Under the pieces are notes generated by a model that was given only the letters and a program-made list of their open reading frames with translations, did not search any database and was not told where the DNA came from. DNA of 64,000 nucleotides from Octopus bimaculoides (taxonomy: Eukaryota): assembly GCF_001194135.2 (NCBI RefSeq), contig NC_068997.1, forward strand, positions 57,357,551-57,421,550, in the 5' to 3' direction. Position numbers and translations under genes: made by a program. Below are positions 25,301 to 39,589 of this stretch, in pieces (the stretch's first letter is position 1; each line of letters begins with the position of its first letter).

Positions 25301-25904
25301 ACATAATTTAATTCACGATGTACCCATCACAGTACATATTTCTCCCCACTCAGCTAGTTTTCAAATCTTTGTGTATGTACATATATTTTCCCCGCCCCTA
25401 CTGATAGCTAAAACGTTATCAACCCTGCCCTCAATAATAACGATAACCAAGTACCTCCCCTTAGATCTTTCTACTTGTTGAATCATTCACTCATAAATTT
25501 CACACACACAACATGTTCCTCTTCGATTACTATCGCACACAACAGTAGCTTTCTTCAACCGAACACACGTCGTTGATTGGTTGAAATTACCTAAATACGA
25601 CAACTTTTACACGAAATAACTTCTAAAATACGAAATTTTATCAAAACCGTTCAGAGTAAATCGGGTTCTACGTGAGAAATTCTACCAATATTCGAAGTTT
25701 CAAACTGTTTATTTAAAAAGATAATTAAATAAAAAATCTGTGATTGAGATGGAATAGATCCGGTTTGAGGCCGAGAGTAAAGATTAAAGTTATTGATAAT
25801 CAGTTCATCAACGCTAAAATGGAAAAAAGATGCATTTAAGTAGCAGCTATTTGAAGTTACATGAGAGTAAATGCATAATTGTTTCAAATATTGAAACAAC
25901 ATTT

Positions 25905-26360
25905 TGGGAAAGATAGATTACATCGACCCCAGTGTCCAGTGCGTACTTAACTTATCAACTGGCGAATTCACTCGACCCCAATACTCAACCAGTACTTATT
26001 ATATCAACGTCGAAATGATGCAACGCACAGTCAACCTCGGTTGAATTTGAACTCTGGAGGCGTATGTAGAAGTATCGCCAAAGCAGCTTTGTCAGAAGCC
26101 TTAACGACTCTACCATTCGCTGCTTTCGTTAAACTAAATAATCCTTTCCTATTTAGACACAAAGTCTGAAATTTTGCGAGAGAGAGGACAGTCGATTACA
26201 TCAACCCCAGTATTTCACTGTTACTTAATTTATCAACCCCCGAAAGGATGACAGGCAAAGTTGACCTCAGCTGAATTTGAACTCAGAAGGTATAGGTAGA
26301 AGAGGTACCACCAAAACATTTTTGTCCAAAATGCTAACGATTCTGCCTGCTCGCTGCCTT
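25905..26360 (-). mobile_element. Two head-to-tail SINE family A copies
   Basis: Two successive units (about 25905-26127 and 26137-26360), each with gattacatc.acccccag...gaatttgaactc...aacga.tct.cc...tcgctgc. Confidence 0.75.
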
Positions 26361-27639
26361 CCATAAACTAGATAATGATAATATCTATTTAGTCCTAATA
26401 CGTTTTATGAGATTCGAGCGTGAATATCTGAATGCTGTTCTGTGTTAAGAAGATATATCTTTCAGAGGAAGAAGGTGTTTGCCGATGAAGAAAAAATAAC
26501 AACGATCAGATACTCACGTCCGAATTTGCTAGAACGTATAAAGAAGGAATAAAAACGTTATCGTTTGAACTAACACTGTTTTTTTTTCTGCACCTCATGT
26601 ATTACTATTTGAATAATATAATGTTAAAGAGAAAATATCTATAAAATTCTAAACTGGTAAAACTAGTGATAGTCGGTGTCGGTGACAAACAAAGACAATA
26701 TATTCCCTGAAATTTATTGGTTCAAGTTTTGAGTAGAAAAACGGATTCTCACTAAATACAAATATTATGTTCAATAATTTTCTTTTTAACAACCACCACT
26801 AAATTTTTAATGTTTTTAAAGAATCTCACAAAACTGCAACAATTGTGAAACTGGCTGTCTCCATTTTTTAACAATCTTGAAATAGATTAATTCTAATCTA
26901 TAATAAACATTTGTGGACAATCACTAGATTTTTAACAAACATTTTCACAGGTAATAGACATAGTAACACTCTTTTTATAAAACACTAGTTTTTGGTCACT
27001 TTTGTTATAAATTATAGCGAGATTTTAACGATCTATTTTTTAGACCACCTCTTGAATTTGAGTCACACGAATGCAATCACCTGTTTCATCAATCTTTTTC
27101 GCAATTTATAGCCAGATTCTGGGCCATCAGTAATTTTAAAGAATTTTTTCTATAAACCATTATATTTTTAACATTTTTTTTACTACTCCTCACTATTATT
27201 AACAATTATTTTACAAATCATGGCTTGTTTTTAATAATCTTTTTACAGACCATCTCTTTCACACTTCCACCAACATATTTCCACCACTACCACATTTCTG
27301 TCCTTTATCATTTCTGTTCTCTGTTATCTTGTCTCGTTTCTCCTTAGTCACACTAAATTCTAGAATTATCTTTGCATGGCATTTTTTAAAGATTTCACAT
27401 GATTCCATAACATTCTGTGTTTTGCGAGGTTTCATCAACGCATTTCATAGGATTTAAAAACATTAGAAAGAAATTCAATTTTATTAGTTTTCGCTATCTG
27501 CAAATTAAATAAAATTTTGAAAATTTCAATTTTTTAAATAAATTATTTTATTCATTCACCAGTTTTCTACTCCATGAATTCATTACATTTGTTGATGATG
27601 CAGCTGCTACTGATCATCATCTTCTTATTATTATTATCT

Positions 27640-27908
27640 AATAGTCTTATTTTTTTCACGTGCTTTCACTGCACTACCGAGCGCAGCTCTGTGTGCCTTG
27701 GGTACATGCTGTAGTTCGTTTTGGTGCTCTTATTTTCACTGTATGGAAAGTGCTTTACGTGGGGGTGTGTGCAGTGCCTAATAGTGCTATATTTTATATC
27801 TTATATATATTTGTAAGCCCTGGTGTATTGGTTATGTATATGTCTGAATGCTTTTTAATCATGATTAATGCATCTATTGCTTCTGCCTTTAGACTCCACA
27901 TTCGGGTT
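27640..27908 (-). mobile_element. R4/Dong-like RLE LINE 3' end with 3' UTR
   Basis: Minus strand TRMWSLKAEAIDALIMIKKHSDIYITNTPGLTNIYKI*NIALLGTAHT, then UTR cccaaggcacacagagctgcgctcggtagtgcagtgaaagcacgtg and an A/TAA-rich tail. Confidence 0.85.
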
Positions 27909-27929
27909 CTTCTTTTAATTATTACTATT

Positions 27930-28147
27930 AAGGCTGTGAGCTGGCAGAATCGTTAGCGTGCTGGACGAAGTGCTTAGTGGTATTTCGTCTGTCACTACAT
28001 TCTGAGTTCTTAATCCGCCGAGGTCGACTTTGCCATTCATCATTCGGTGTCGATAAAATAAATACCAGTTGTGCACTGGAGTCGATGTAATCGACTACTC
28101 CCTTTCACCCAAATTTCAGGTCTTGTGCCTTTAATAGAAAGGATTAT
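27930..28147 (+). mobile_element. SINE family A, near full-length copy
   Basis: aaggctgtgagctggcagaatcgttagc...ctgagttcttaatccgccgaggtcgactttgcc...gtcttgtgcctttaatagaaaggattatt. Inserted in a TTA-rich stretch. Confidence 0.9.
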
Positions 28148-28299
28148 TTTTATTATTATATTTGTTGTGGAGTTGTAAACACACATTTCCAAACCCGCTA
28201 CAAGAGTCTCTATTATAATTATTGTTTTCACCCATTTGTTATTGTTTTTCTTGCGGTTTAATTCTAATGAGTCTGAAATGACAGGTTACGATTTTTAGG

Positions 28300-28660
28300 C
28301 GAATATATTTTAACTCGTGTCTCATGTATTCTGGTTTAAATTACCTCTTGAATTTGCTTAGGAATTCTGTAAACCCATCTCATTACACCACTGTCCCTGT
28401 ACTATAACTACAACTTCTACATTGATATGATCACTAATACCAACACCAACTCGACCATTACAAGATATATTATTTCGAATTGTTGTCTTAAACGGAATTG
28501 ATTCAGCCTGTAGCAGTTTAATAACAACTTACCAATAAAAAGAAATATTATATCTCCTTCAGCCTCTAGAATTTTGGCAATGCTAATGTTCTGGCAGAGG
28601 TCCATTCAAATTTAATTCATCACTGTTACTGTGGACTATGACCTTATCTCTAGCAATTAG
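28300..28660 (-). mobile_element. Decayed LINE (RTE-like) AP-endonuclease remnant
   Basis: Reading CNGRVGVGISDHINVEVVVIVQGQWCNEMG resembles APE DFNGRVG......V+G..G.G..NE.G. Confidence 0.45.
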
Positions 28661-30938
28661 TAATTAAACATGATACATTACAAATCTCTTGTGTAACTAA
28701 TATACCCGAAATCGAATTCGTTTTAATATCACAAAAACATCTTTGCACCACGCCAAGACACCGAATTAAGAATTACAAAGAAAAAATAACTAAAAAGAAT
28801 TTAATACATTCTTTTTTTTATTTTAGTGTTGTTTATTTTGTGGGTGCAGTAGTGTGGAGATAGGTATATTTGGTAAATGTTATTGTCTTTTTATTTTTAT
28901 TATATTTTTTTTTGCAGAGATTTCTTAATTCTTGTTCTTGTTTGCAGTACAACAATATCGTCTCGAATATTCTTTAAGCAAATGACAGATTCATTTCCTT
29001 AATGTTTGGTTTATGTCTGATCTGCTATAATACAAATTGAAACCAAAACAGTAAAAACATTACAAAAAGAAAGAGAAAAGGAATGAAAAAGAAGTAAAAC
29101 AAGGAAACATAATAAAAAACGAAATAAAAAAATAAAATGGCTGCCGGGCGTCTCGAAGGAAGGAAATGTTTTATAGCAAATCAGTAAAATCTACAAGTAA
29201 ACAAAGTAGTGGTTTTTTTCTAGTAATTGTGGAAGCGTGCTTAATGTCAAGAGAATCTCAGAGTTGTTGCAATTTCTTGCAAGTATTTTAAGGTTGTGAC
29301 AAGAATGAAACATTGGATAATATTGAATCCATTACAGGGTTACTTAACATGTGATAAACGACAGTCAAATCTGCTGCCAGAAAAAGAGGGAAGAATATAT
29401 TTTAGTCCGTAGTTGCACATTCATTATGCGTGGCAAAAAAAGACAAGGTATTTAAAGTTGAAACACCTTTGATTTCACTTCTGCTTGATTAGCTTCGAAG
29501 ATAATCTGCTCCCAGATCATGATAAGAAAAAAGATTCTACAGTTAATCTGTTAAAAATAGTAACCATATTCTCCTACAGTCCGAAATATACTGTGTATGA
29601 GGGGATCAATATGGATTAGTAACAGTTCGAACACCATTTGATCAGAATTAAGCAACATCAAAAACATAGAAATGTTCATCTTCTAAAATACATTTAAAAT
29701 ATTTCCCCATTCTATCATTTCTTAGCGCATGAGACGGCAAAAAGTTCATCCCTAAAACATGGTGAAACACACTTTAAGGCGACCAAGTTATACGATATGT
29801 GGAGGTTTGTAGTTTTATATTGGCCAATTAGTTTCACACAACTCTTCTTGATTGCTGACGGTTGGATCTAGTTTTTTTTTGTTTGTTTTTTTAAAAAAAA
29901 AATACTAGTATCCTCCATATTCCTCAAATTTCCGACTTTGCATTGTGTGACTGCGATGGTGACTAAGGTATCCTGTTTATAACATCCTCCCAAATGTTTT
30001 TTATTCGAAGAAGCTTTTCTATAAATGCGTCTTTTAACACGACTCAGTTGTTTATTAAGAGTCTTAACAGCAGGCTTTATTCTACATCGTCGATCTGTAA
30101 CAGACGCTGATAAAGCAATGGAACAATTACTGAAACGTTAATAAGGATGCACTAATTGACAGAGAAGCACTCCTTCCAGTCCTTTCACCTCTCTATGAGA
30201 ACAGATTCTATTAAAGATAGCACCCGGCATCTGCATTACTTGCCACTTATACTGTAGTAAGCTTGACCTCTTTTCACTGTTTGTGCAGTCATTAAACCAA
30301 CTTAGGGTCACCTGTTATCATCTAAACCGTCTGGAAACGATTTCCCATAACTTTACTCAGGTTTCCCCCTTCCTTTGTTGCCTCGCTCTCTTTGGTATGA
30401 AATGAGAGAGAGAGACATACAGAGACAGAGAGAGAGAGACATACAGAGACAGAGAGATAGGTACATAGACACACGGATATGCATACATAGATATAACATC
30501 GATACATATGTTTATATACGGATAAATAGTTAGAGAATTTACCTGCTGTAATTTTTTAATATAATCTTTGAGCGAATAGGCGCGATGAAGGAGGCAGCTA
30601 TTGAATAAAATATTAATAAGTCACCATTTCCCGTTGTTTATTTATAGATATTTTAAGTTTATTTCTGCAAGGTTTGATTTTAATATTTTGGTATTGACAC
30701 AAAAATATTCTTAGTCTCGATTTAAACCAGAAATATGATTAGATTGGAATTTCACAAATATTCATTGAGAGGAAAACAAAGTTAACAAAATTAAATATTG
30801 AAAGAAAAAAATCAAATGTAGAAAGGAAGTTCTGAACATAATTAAAACAACTATATGTATGATAACATTCAGGAAAATTTACAATAAATAAATGCAGGCG
30901 AATATGTTCACGTATACACACACACACACACACACATG

Positions 30939-31022
<84 letters not shown>

Positions 31023-31522
31023 CACATATATATACATATATATTCACGTTTACATATATAGACGTATATTAATAAATTTCAGGGTAGCAAAAAAAAAAAA
31101 AAAGAAATTCTATTTACTACCAGTGGTCTAGCGAGAAGAAAAAAAAGTAGTCAATAGACTATATATTATTCATATAAATACATACAGTGTACATTTAAAC
31201 ACATAAGAGAGCTGTCCATAATAGGACATCTAACCTGATAGAAGGAGCAGTCAAACTCCAAACCACAATTAGGGATAATTTCGAAAGGGAATGAAAAATA
31301 AAAACACTTATCATCTATTTCCTGAACCATGGTTTCAAGCTATTTTTGAGCAAAATAAAATATTTTGTAAGGCCAGCTATCGTCAGCAGGAAAGCCATGA
31401 TTAACACATAAATACGAGGCACTACATAGAAACATGCCTCGTGCTTATATGTTATAATATGTTATATGTTAGATGTCCTATTATGGTCATCTCTCTTATG
31501 TGTTTAAATGTACACTGTATGC

Positions 31523-31560
<38 letters not shown>

Positions 31561-31744
31561 NNNNNNNNNNNNNNNNNNNNNNNNNNNNNNNNNNNNNNNN
31601 NNNNNNNNNNNNNNNNNNNNNNNNNNNNNNNNNNNNNNNNNNNNNNNNNNNNNNNNNNNNNNNNNNNNNNNNNNNNNNNNNNNNNNNNNNNNNNNNNNNN
31701 NNNNNNNNNNNNNNNNNNNNNNNNNNNNNNNNNNNNNNNNNNNN

Positions 31745-31818
<74 letters not shown>

Positions 31819-33246
31819 TGTGGATCTATGTCCGGAATATCGAGGGTTTCCGTAGGGAATATTTTAAATGATTGATGCGTAAGACGGAGTATAACTAGAA
31901 GTTGTATATAGCACAACATTCGTTTCGGCTGCCTTCTGCACTGCTCTCTAGTGGGTAGGGAACGATGTAATGACATCAGGCGCATGGCACAGTGCAGGGA
32001 ACCACATCAGACAACATGATATGCTTCAAAATGTATAAGATTTACATTTCATTCCAAGTTAGATAGATGCTGGTGGCATTATGGAGTAGCTGCTCGTAAC
32101 TTACACACATTGGTGAAGTGAGGCTATGATTGAAAATACTTAATTTATAACAATCGCAGAATGCGAATTAAATTGTTTTTATTTCCGGTAATGATAGATT
32201 TTATCGCTGTTTAGGCACTGCTCTCAATTTGTTCTTGTTTTTTCTTTTTTACTCCCTCCTTGTCTGTCAGCGAATGTTGAGTATCGTGGGCCCAGCTAGC
32301 TAATGATGACGCATTAATCTTATTCTTCTCTTCATTTATTTTCCATGTACTTATACTGGATATTATATGTCTATCAATCTAATACACTGGTTCCTTATCT
32401 CATCAAAGGCAAATTTAACCACAAGATTCGTCCTCAGAGCATAAAGTGTTGTAACTAACATGCTAAGACTTGCTGTCCAACTATCCACCATTCCGCCAAA
32501 CCAGACTTTTTACCGAAAAATAATTGTCTGAAAATGTTGAAAATCGATAACTTATGGAATTCAGCTTTAACGGTATATTTCTCTTTGTTTTGTGTAGATT
32601 TTTAGCCCAAACTCCTGATTGCAGTTGATATTTTATCTATTTCAAATTAAAATAGAAAATACAAAATCAAATTTAAAATGAGTATTAAAAGAAAAAAAAA
32701 AGTAAGTAAAATATGTTTGTTTCCGAAGACAAAATAATTATAAGTATCACAGTTTATAATCAATGAAGTCAACTGGTTTCAATATTATTCGGCCGCCAGC
32801 ATCTGTCTGTGTATGTAATCAGCTTGTGCATGTGAACATGTATACATACATCCATGCATCTATACAAACATACGTGTGTGTGTGTGTGTTTGTTGTGTGT
32901 GTATTCCGTTCGTGCGTGTCAATGACTATATGGAAGGATGTAATTTAACATTATTCAACTTTAATTATAATCGTGTATTAATATCTTTTATTTCAGCATA
33001 ACATGCCATGTATTCCATGAGCCGATAATTGTATAATTATTTCTGAATTTACCTTCATCATATGACATTGCTATATAATCAGCATATACATACTCGCATA
33101 TGTACATACATACATACAAGCATCCATACATACATATTCATATGTATATGTATGAATCCAAATATTTGTATACAATTGTCGTTCGTGCCTATGTGGGGAA
33201 ACCACTATAATTATCATTATCGATGCTGTCGCTGTTGATGTGGTTG

Positions 33247-33249
<3 letters not shown>

Positions 33250-33329
<80 letters not shown>

Positions 33330-33340
33330 ATCATCATCAT
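33250..33340. repeat. (ATT)n plus (ATC)n trinucleotide microsatellite
   Basis: Directly visible; explains the poly-I and poly-N ORFs. Confidence 0.95.
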
Positions 33341-34173
33341 TTAAGTATATTTTATATTCTAGTTGACTACAAGTGAAAACGATATCGTTTTTCTTGTATT
33401 CTTCTGAAACCAGAAGAAAAACACTTAGAAACGTTGAAAAAAAAACCAAAAAAGAAAAAAAAAAGAAAAGAAAAAAAAATAAATTTGGTGTTACACAGTT
33501 TAAGCGGCGCAGAAATTACTGGATGATTCGGAGGCGAAGACTTTCGTGCATAGGCAAGGTGATTGACCAGTTCGAAACACATAACTGTGACAGTGGCTTC
33601 TACGAAATGCGTCATAACATTTAAACTAGTCACATGAATATCTATATATATATTTATGTTATGGATGAAGAAAAAGCAATCAGCTATAATCAAATGTCCT
33701 GCAACTTATTTGCAGATATTCACAGCTATAGCACAGTTTATAATTCTCTCAACTTCTTTTCCTTTTCTAACGTCTCTTCTACTTATTCATCTTCATTTTA
33801 TATTTTCACTAATTTAATCTGCGGAATCACCTCCGTTTTCTTTTTCACTAATCTAAATATTTTTATCGCACTCATCTTCCTTCGTGTATCTTTTTCCTCC
33901 AATCTTTTATCATTTTGTCCATCTCCACTTTTCTTTATCAGTCTTCATATTTTTAATAGTTTTCCTCGCTATTTCTAGTGCGATTATTTTTTGTCATCGC
34001 TGAATCTTACTTTCTTAAATTTTTAGTCGTTAAAACGTTATTATTATTATTATTATTATTATTGCTATCAAATTTTGGCACTAGACCAGCAATTTCGAGG
34101 AGGGGCAACTCGATTAAGTGAACCTCATTGCTCAACTGACACTTGCTACACACACACACTACTACTACTACTA

Positions 34174-34209
<36 letters not shown>

Positions 34210-34405
34210 TTATATTTATATATATATAAGAAACTATTGTTATATATAGATATATATACACGTATATACATATGTATATATGTACATATATGTATATATA
34301 TACATATATATGTAATATATATTACATATATATGTATACATATATATTACATATATGTGTGTATATATATCTATATATATATACACACATAAATACATAT
34401 ATATG

Positions 34406-34472
<67 letters not shown>

Positions 34473-35746
34473 TATATGAATTTATGTATATATGAACAAC
34501 TTCATTCAGTTTGTAATTACCTTTCTAACATTTCTAACGCGATTTGCATTGAATGCATAAGCTTTGGCGAAAAATAAAGAACAAATATTACAATTATTAT
34601 TATTATTAGTAGTAGTGGTAACAGTGGTAGTAATAGTAATATCATTGTTACTATTACTATCATTATAATCATCAACAGAATCATTATCATGACTATTAAT
34701 ATTATTGCTACATTGGTTAAATTTGATATTTAACAAATTATTCTCTGACCAAATTCCAAATATTCTCCTATCTTCTTCAAATCATTGTCTGCCATTCAAC
34801 ACATTTGCAACAGTTTCATAAAATTTATACTGTTTTGAATAAATGCGATTAATATGTTTTCAGACATTGAACGCGATGTAATCAAGCGTTTGAGACAAAC
34901 ATAAACACACATCATGAGCGTCTGTGCGTGTGTATGTGTGTGTTTGCAAGCGCGCGCGCCGGGTATTCACACACTAACTCATATATATCCGTTAGAAAGT
35001 TTATAAACTCAATGTTAGTGAAATGTCATATGATATGAGCGTAATTTTAAAACCGAGCGCGTAATCAGATAAAGTGTGTAGTAGCAATAATAATAATGAT
35101 AATAAAAATAATAATAATAATGAGACGAAGAAGAAGAGGAAGAACAACAACAACAGCAACAACAAAAATTAAAAAAAAAAAAATATACAAGTAGAGATAT
35201 TGCCGTTGTGGAGACTGAATACTAAAATTGCCATTTTGACTTACGTTCGTCATCAATTGTATGATGTGTTTACATGGTGAGAAAATAAGGTATTAAACAG
35301 TTGAGAGTTTTATATGAGTGTGTGTGTGTGTGTGTTGATATATGCACACATACATGCGTACGCATTCACATTGATGTGTATATGTGTGTACATATGCATA
35401 TACGTGCATTCATTCACACACACACACACATTTATACAATGGTTTTGGTGCAGTATCTCAGCATGGTACTTTATTACGTGTGAAACGTGCTTTACTTGAA
35501 TTTTTGCAATAGTTAATAAAAAAAAATATCTCCTTTCAAACTTTTATCTCTGTCTGAAAGTCTTTTACTTTCTCACTTTCTCTCTGGTTGTCTCTCATTC
35601 TCTCTCTTTCTCGCCCCTTCTCTTTCAATGTACTTCTCTCTATTTATATGCGTTCTCTTCTCAATCAGTTTCTTTCATCTGCACAACTTAGTCGTTTATC
35701 AGATATGTCGCTCCATTAGTTGTCCTTATACTATTATCATTTCTTT

Positions 35747-35790
<44 letters not shown>

Positions 35791-35970
35791 CTTCGTTCTT
35801 TCCCAACCTCTTTCAACTGCTGTTCCCTTCTTTCTTTTCCTCTCTTTCTGTCATTCGCTCGCCACCACTTCTATCTCTCTTTTGTTTTTGTCTCATTTTC
35901 TTTCGCTTCCCTCTTTTATACAGTTAACTCTCCGTCTCTCACTCTCGCATTCTCTCTCTACCTCTTACAC

Positions 35971-36199
35971 TTGACCCAAAGCCTTGTCAATGGATTTGTG
36001 GTAGACGGAAACGAAAAGAAGCCTATATATATATATCTGTGTGTATTTGTCCCCACCACCGTTTGACAACCAATGTTGGTTTGCTTACGTCCCCATAACC
36101 TACTTATTTTACCAAGAGATTGATAGAATAAATACCAGGCTTAAAACATACAACCTGGGGTCGATTCATTCAACTAAAAATTTTTGGTGGTGCCCCAGC
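35971..36199 (+). mobile_element. 5'-truncated SINE (family B) ending in a CR1-like tail motif
   Basis: ccaaagccttgtcaatggatttgtggtagacggaaac...gtttgacaaccaatgttgg...ggggtcgattcattcaactaa...ggtggtgccccagc. Confidence 0.75.
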
Positions 36200-36899
36200 G
36201 TGTGTGTGTGTGTGTGATGGAAAAGTATTATTTTTGAAGGCAGACTTTTGTCTCAACTAATAACACAGTCGTGTTCGCTCCTAGAGAAAGGCAGCAACAC
36301 CGATTATTATCGTTCTAACACATTGATAGACGGGTGTTCAAGTTGACAACAACTGACTATGAGACAGGCATGTCTGTAATAACGCCGGCCTGGCATTGTT
36401 TAAACACGCATTGCAAGCGTTCTCATAGTTAATATAAGGTGCTTTGAAAATAACTTGAAAACGCAGAGAGAGAGAGGGTGAAGGAGAGAGAGAGAGAGTG
36501 AAAGAGAGAGAGAGAGAGAGAAAGAGGGAGAGAGGTGTATATGTGATTTTTGGGCGCGTGTTTCGCTATATTTTCCTATTGCGTGAATATATCTTCCTGT
36601 AGGTGTCTGTAAAGTATGTTTATGAGTGCCTTTCTTTTGGATCGAAGAATGTCTATAAATGTTTGTTTATACGTTTGTTTTAGCTATCGATATTTTGAGG
36701 TTTTGTAGTGCGGTCAGGTCACCTAGTTTGATTCCCATGTTTATAAATTTGTCATTCTCGCACAACTTTCGCGTATATTATGCTATAACCAAATTCAGTA
36801 TTAATGGCAAGCATTCTCTTGGTTACTATAATGGAGTTGGCAGTGTGTCTATGTGTAGGGGTGAGGTGTAAACCTTTGTTCTTGTACCTGTTGCATCGC

Positions 36900-37170
36900 A
36901 TAACTTCGAGAAATATGATTGGATAAGAGCGTCTTTCAATTACACTTGACATGCTTAAAGCTAGATCTGTTGAACATCACCTGTATGAAACCATGAGATT
37001 GGTTATCAATATTTATCAAAGGATGGTAAGAATTTTGTTGAATCTCGATTCAAAGAAGCAGAGATGAAGGCATACATGTTCTGTTATTGCTGATGTTTGA
37101 ATACATCAATCATGCTAAGCACCCGGAGATCAACAAGAAAGCTAGTTCAATATCTTGGGGTAAGTAAGGA
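36900..37170 (+). mobile_element. Possible decayed LINE RT remnant
   Basis: LDMLKARSVEHHLYETM...VINIY then SRDEGIHVLLLLMFEYINH resemble RT LD.SKAF.RV.H and VRQGGI.S.LLF..YIN. Confidence 0.35.
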
Positions 37171-37384
37171 AACGAGTAAGCTTTGTCAATATATACACAC
37201 TTTGAAATTTATGTCACAGCGTGTGTAAAAGTAAAATGCTGGTAAGAAGCACTTTGAAAAAGCTGCTGAGCCGATTCCATGAAAACTTTTATATATCATA
37301 AATAGAATTTTTAATATTTCTAATCAGTATAGAAGCAATGAATGACGATGTGAAACAGAAGAATGAATCCATAAACGATTGGGA

Positions 37385-37444
37385 CTAGCACTGTCATACC
37401 TAGCACTGTCATACCTAGCACTGTCATACCTAGCACTGTCATAC
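37385..37444. repeat. Perfect 15-bp tandem repeat x4
   Basis: (ctagcactgtcatac)4 with no mismatches. Confidence 0.98.
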
Positions 37445-37520
37445 AAATATTCCTAGTTTCCATTCTTTATGCAATGTTTCAAACGAATATAGTGGGAACG
37501 ATTCCTCCACAGGTTCGCGT

Positions 37521-37602
37521 GTGACACACGGCTGATCTTAATGTAAAGTAAGAAATCATACCGTGACATACGGCTGATCTTAGGGTAAAGTAAGAAATCA
37601 TC
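37521..37602. repeat. 42-bp tandem duplication
   Basis: gtgacacacggctgatcttaatgtaaagtaagaaatcatacc / gtgacatacggctgatcttagggtaaagtaagaaatcatc. Confidence 0.9.
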
Positions 37603-37949
37603 CCTTTTGTCATATCAAGAGAAAAAAATGACTCTTAATAAATGTATTTTTGGACTGATATTCGGACATAGTAACGAAACGCCCATGGTTGGAAAGATTA
37701 GATAATTGGTCTGCTTCATCAAGGCCACATTGAAGCTTACGACTCTAACATTTCTGGAAAATCACATTCCCCTTATAACACAGCATTTTATGTTTAATGA
37801 AATTTAATTTGTTTTGAAATTACTTTCAGTAAATATTGTAACCAGAATTAGTCTTTTAGCTAATGATTTGTCGCATCACTGATACTGCGATAGCTACAAT
37901 ATTTTGCATTACTACATAAATTACGGGATCAGTTACTTGCTTTATTTAT

Positions 37950-38330
37950 TGAAAGGTCAAGAATAATGGACGGTTGTCAGTGTTGCGGTTGATGTTCCTG
38001 TTGAATACCTTCACATTGGGGTAAATCACAGACAGGGAAAGACTTTTAGGAGGACTACTTTCTGAAGGAGTTTAGCGGTGGTAAGATCTAAAGATGTAAG
38101 GGTGGTAACATTAGCAACAGAAGCAGATAGAAAGCAGAATTAAATACTCGAGAATATTTTATTGAAATTTTTTGATAAAATTGTCAGAAGAAGAAGGACG
38201 GCATCTGCGATCTTGTTTAAGGAAACACCGAAACTGATGACGAGAAAGGCAGGAAGGAGTTATCTTTAGACTTACAAACCAGAGGAATCAACTAAAAATA
38301 GGCATGGAGCACCTCGGGCGTGGAGGTTAA
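37950..38330 (-). mobile_element. Possible decayed CR1-type pre-RT remnant
   Basis: Minus-strand pieces KNFNKIFSSI...ASVANVTTLTSLDLTTAKLLQK...DNRPLFL weakly resemble CR1 ASV.KVI..LD.STA...LQK...NYRPISL. Confidence 0.35.
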
Positions 38331-39589
38331 ATCGGATGGAGGATTAAGCTTACTGCTGAGAAATGTTTGAAGGTCCATTCATTGGGCTTCATCATAGTTT
38401 CTGAGTATGGATTTAACTCACAAATATTACGTCCTCTAAAAGATATTATTGAATAGATTTGTTCAGTGTGATTGAAAGCTAACTCTTATAGCTATGAAGC
38501 AGATTTCTTAACCATACCACACAACCATACCCGTGCATTACTTTCAGCTGTACTGTTCTGCGACTAATCTGGATATTGATGACCAGGGAACAATTTGTAT
38601 ATTTCTTTGTTATGTATTGTTTCTCGAAATTTCAGAAACTATAAATTGTTCCCGTTTTTTTTGTTTTCTTTGTCTCGTAATGTTTAAAGGTAGATGTCAC
38701 TTAAAGAAAAAGAAGCAAAGAAAGCAGGGACTTTCTCTTTAACACCGAGTGACTTCTCTGTGTTCTGTTCAGTGTTCAATCGAGCTGAAAGAAGGAAAGC
38801 AATTATTTTCTGGTAGAGATGAAACATTAAAAGTTCCTGTAATTTTGTTTTAATAACCATGATATTTGATCTTAACATTAAGACCTCCCTCCTCCCTCTC
38901 TCTCTCTATCCCTCTCTCTATCAATCGGTCTGTCTCTCTCCCTGTCCACTTACAAAACATATTTCATTCATATGTAACATCAATAGATAAATAACTGACA
39001 AGTGAAAATTCTTCTTATTCCTTATTTTCTTTCTGTTCGTCTATTACTTTTTACTGTCTTCTCTCTCTTCATCTCCCGTTTCTTTTTTCTTTTCTTTCTT
39101 TGTCATTTTATATTTTCTCTCATCTTCATTTTATAATTATTTTGTTTCTGACTTCTTGTTTTCTTGGTTTACTTTTCTACTTTCTATAATTTTGTTGTCT
39201 TCTTACCAACTTCTATTTCTTTTTGTATATCTATTTATTTCTTAAACTTCTACTTCACCCACCTCTTACATTATCTTTCACTTCGTGTATTTATATTTCC
39301 TCTGACTATACACACGCACACATATACACACACACATACACACACAATTACATATACATCTTTATCCACCATTATGTCTTTTAATCAGCATTTTCACTAA
39401 ATGCATAATATATAACAGCGGGTTCTTTGTTTTGTTATTCTGAAGAAAACAAGATTTTAGTTGCAACTTTTTAGATTGTAACGTAGTTAAATATTGAAAG
39501 TAAAAACCAAAATATCATGTAAAATTTGGATAATGTTATACATATTTTAGTATCTCGACCAGTTCCATGAAAAATGTGGTGCTATTTGA

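Noticed and set aside
29134-29160. YY1-like motif aaaatggctgcc with a local CpG patch, as a possible promoter
   Set aside because: A single short motif with no downstream exon or other promoter evidence.
37385-37444. Short exact repeats suggestive of a CRISPR array
   Set aside because: The units are directly adjacent with no spacers, there are no cas genes, and the context is eukaryotic.
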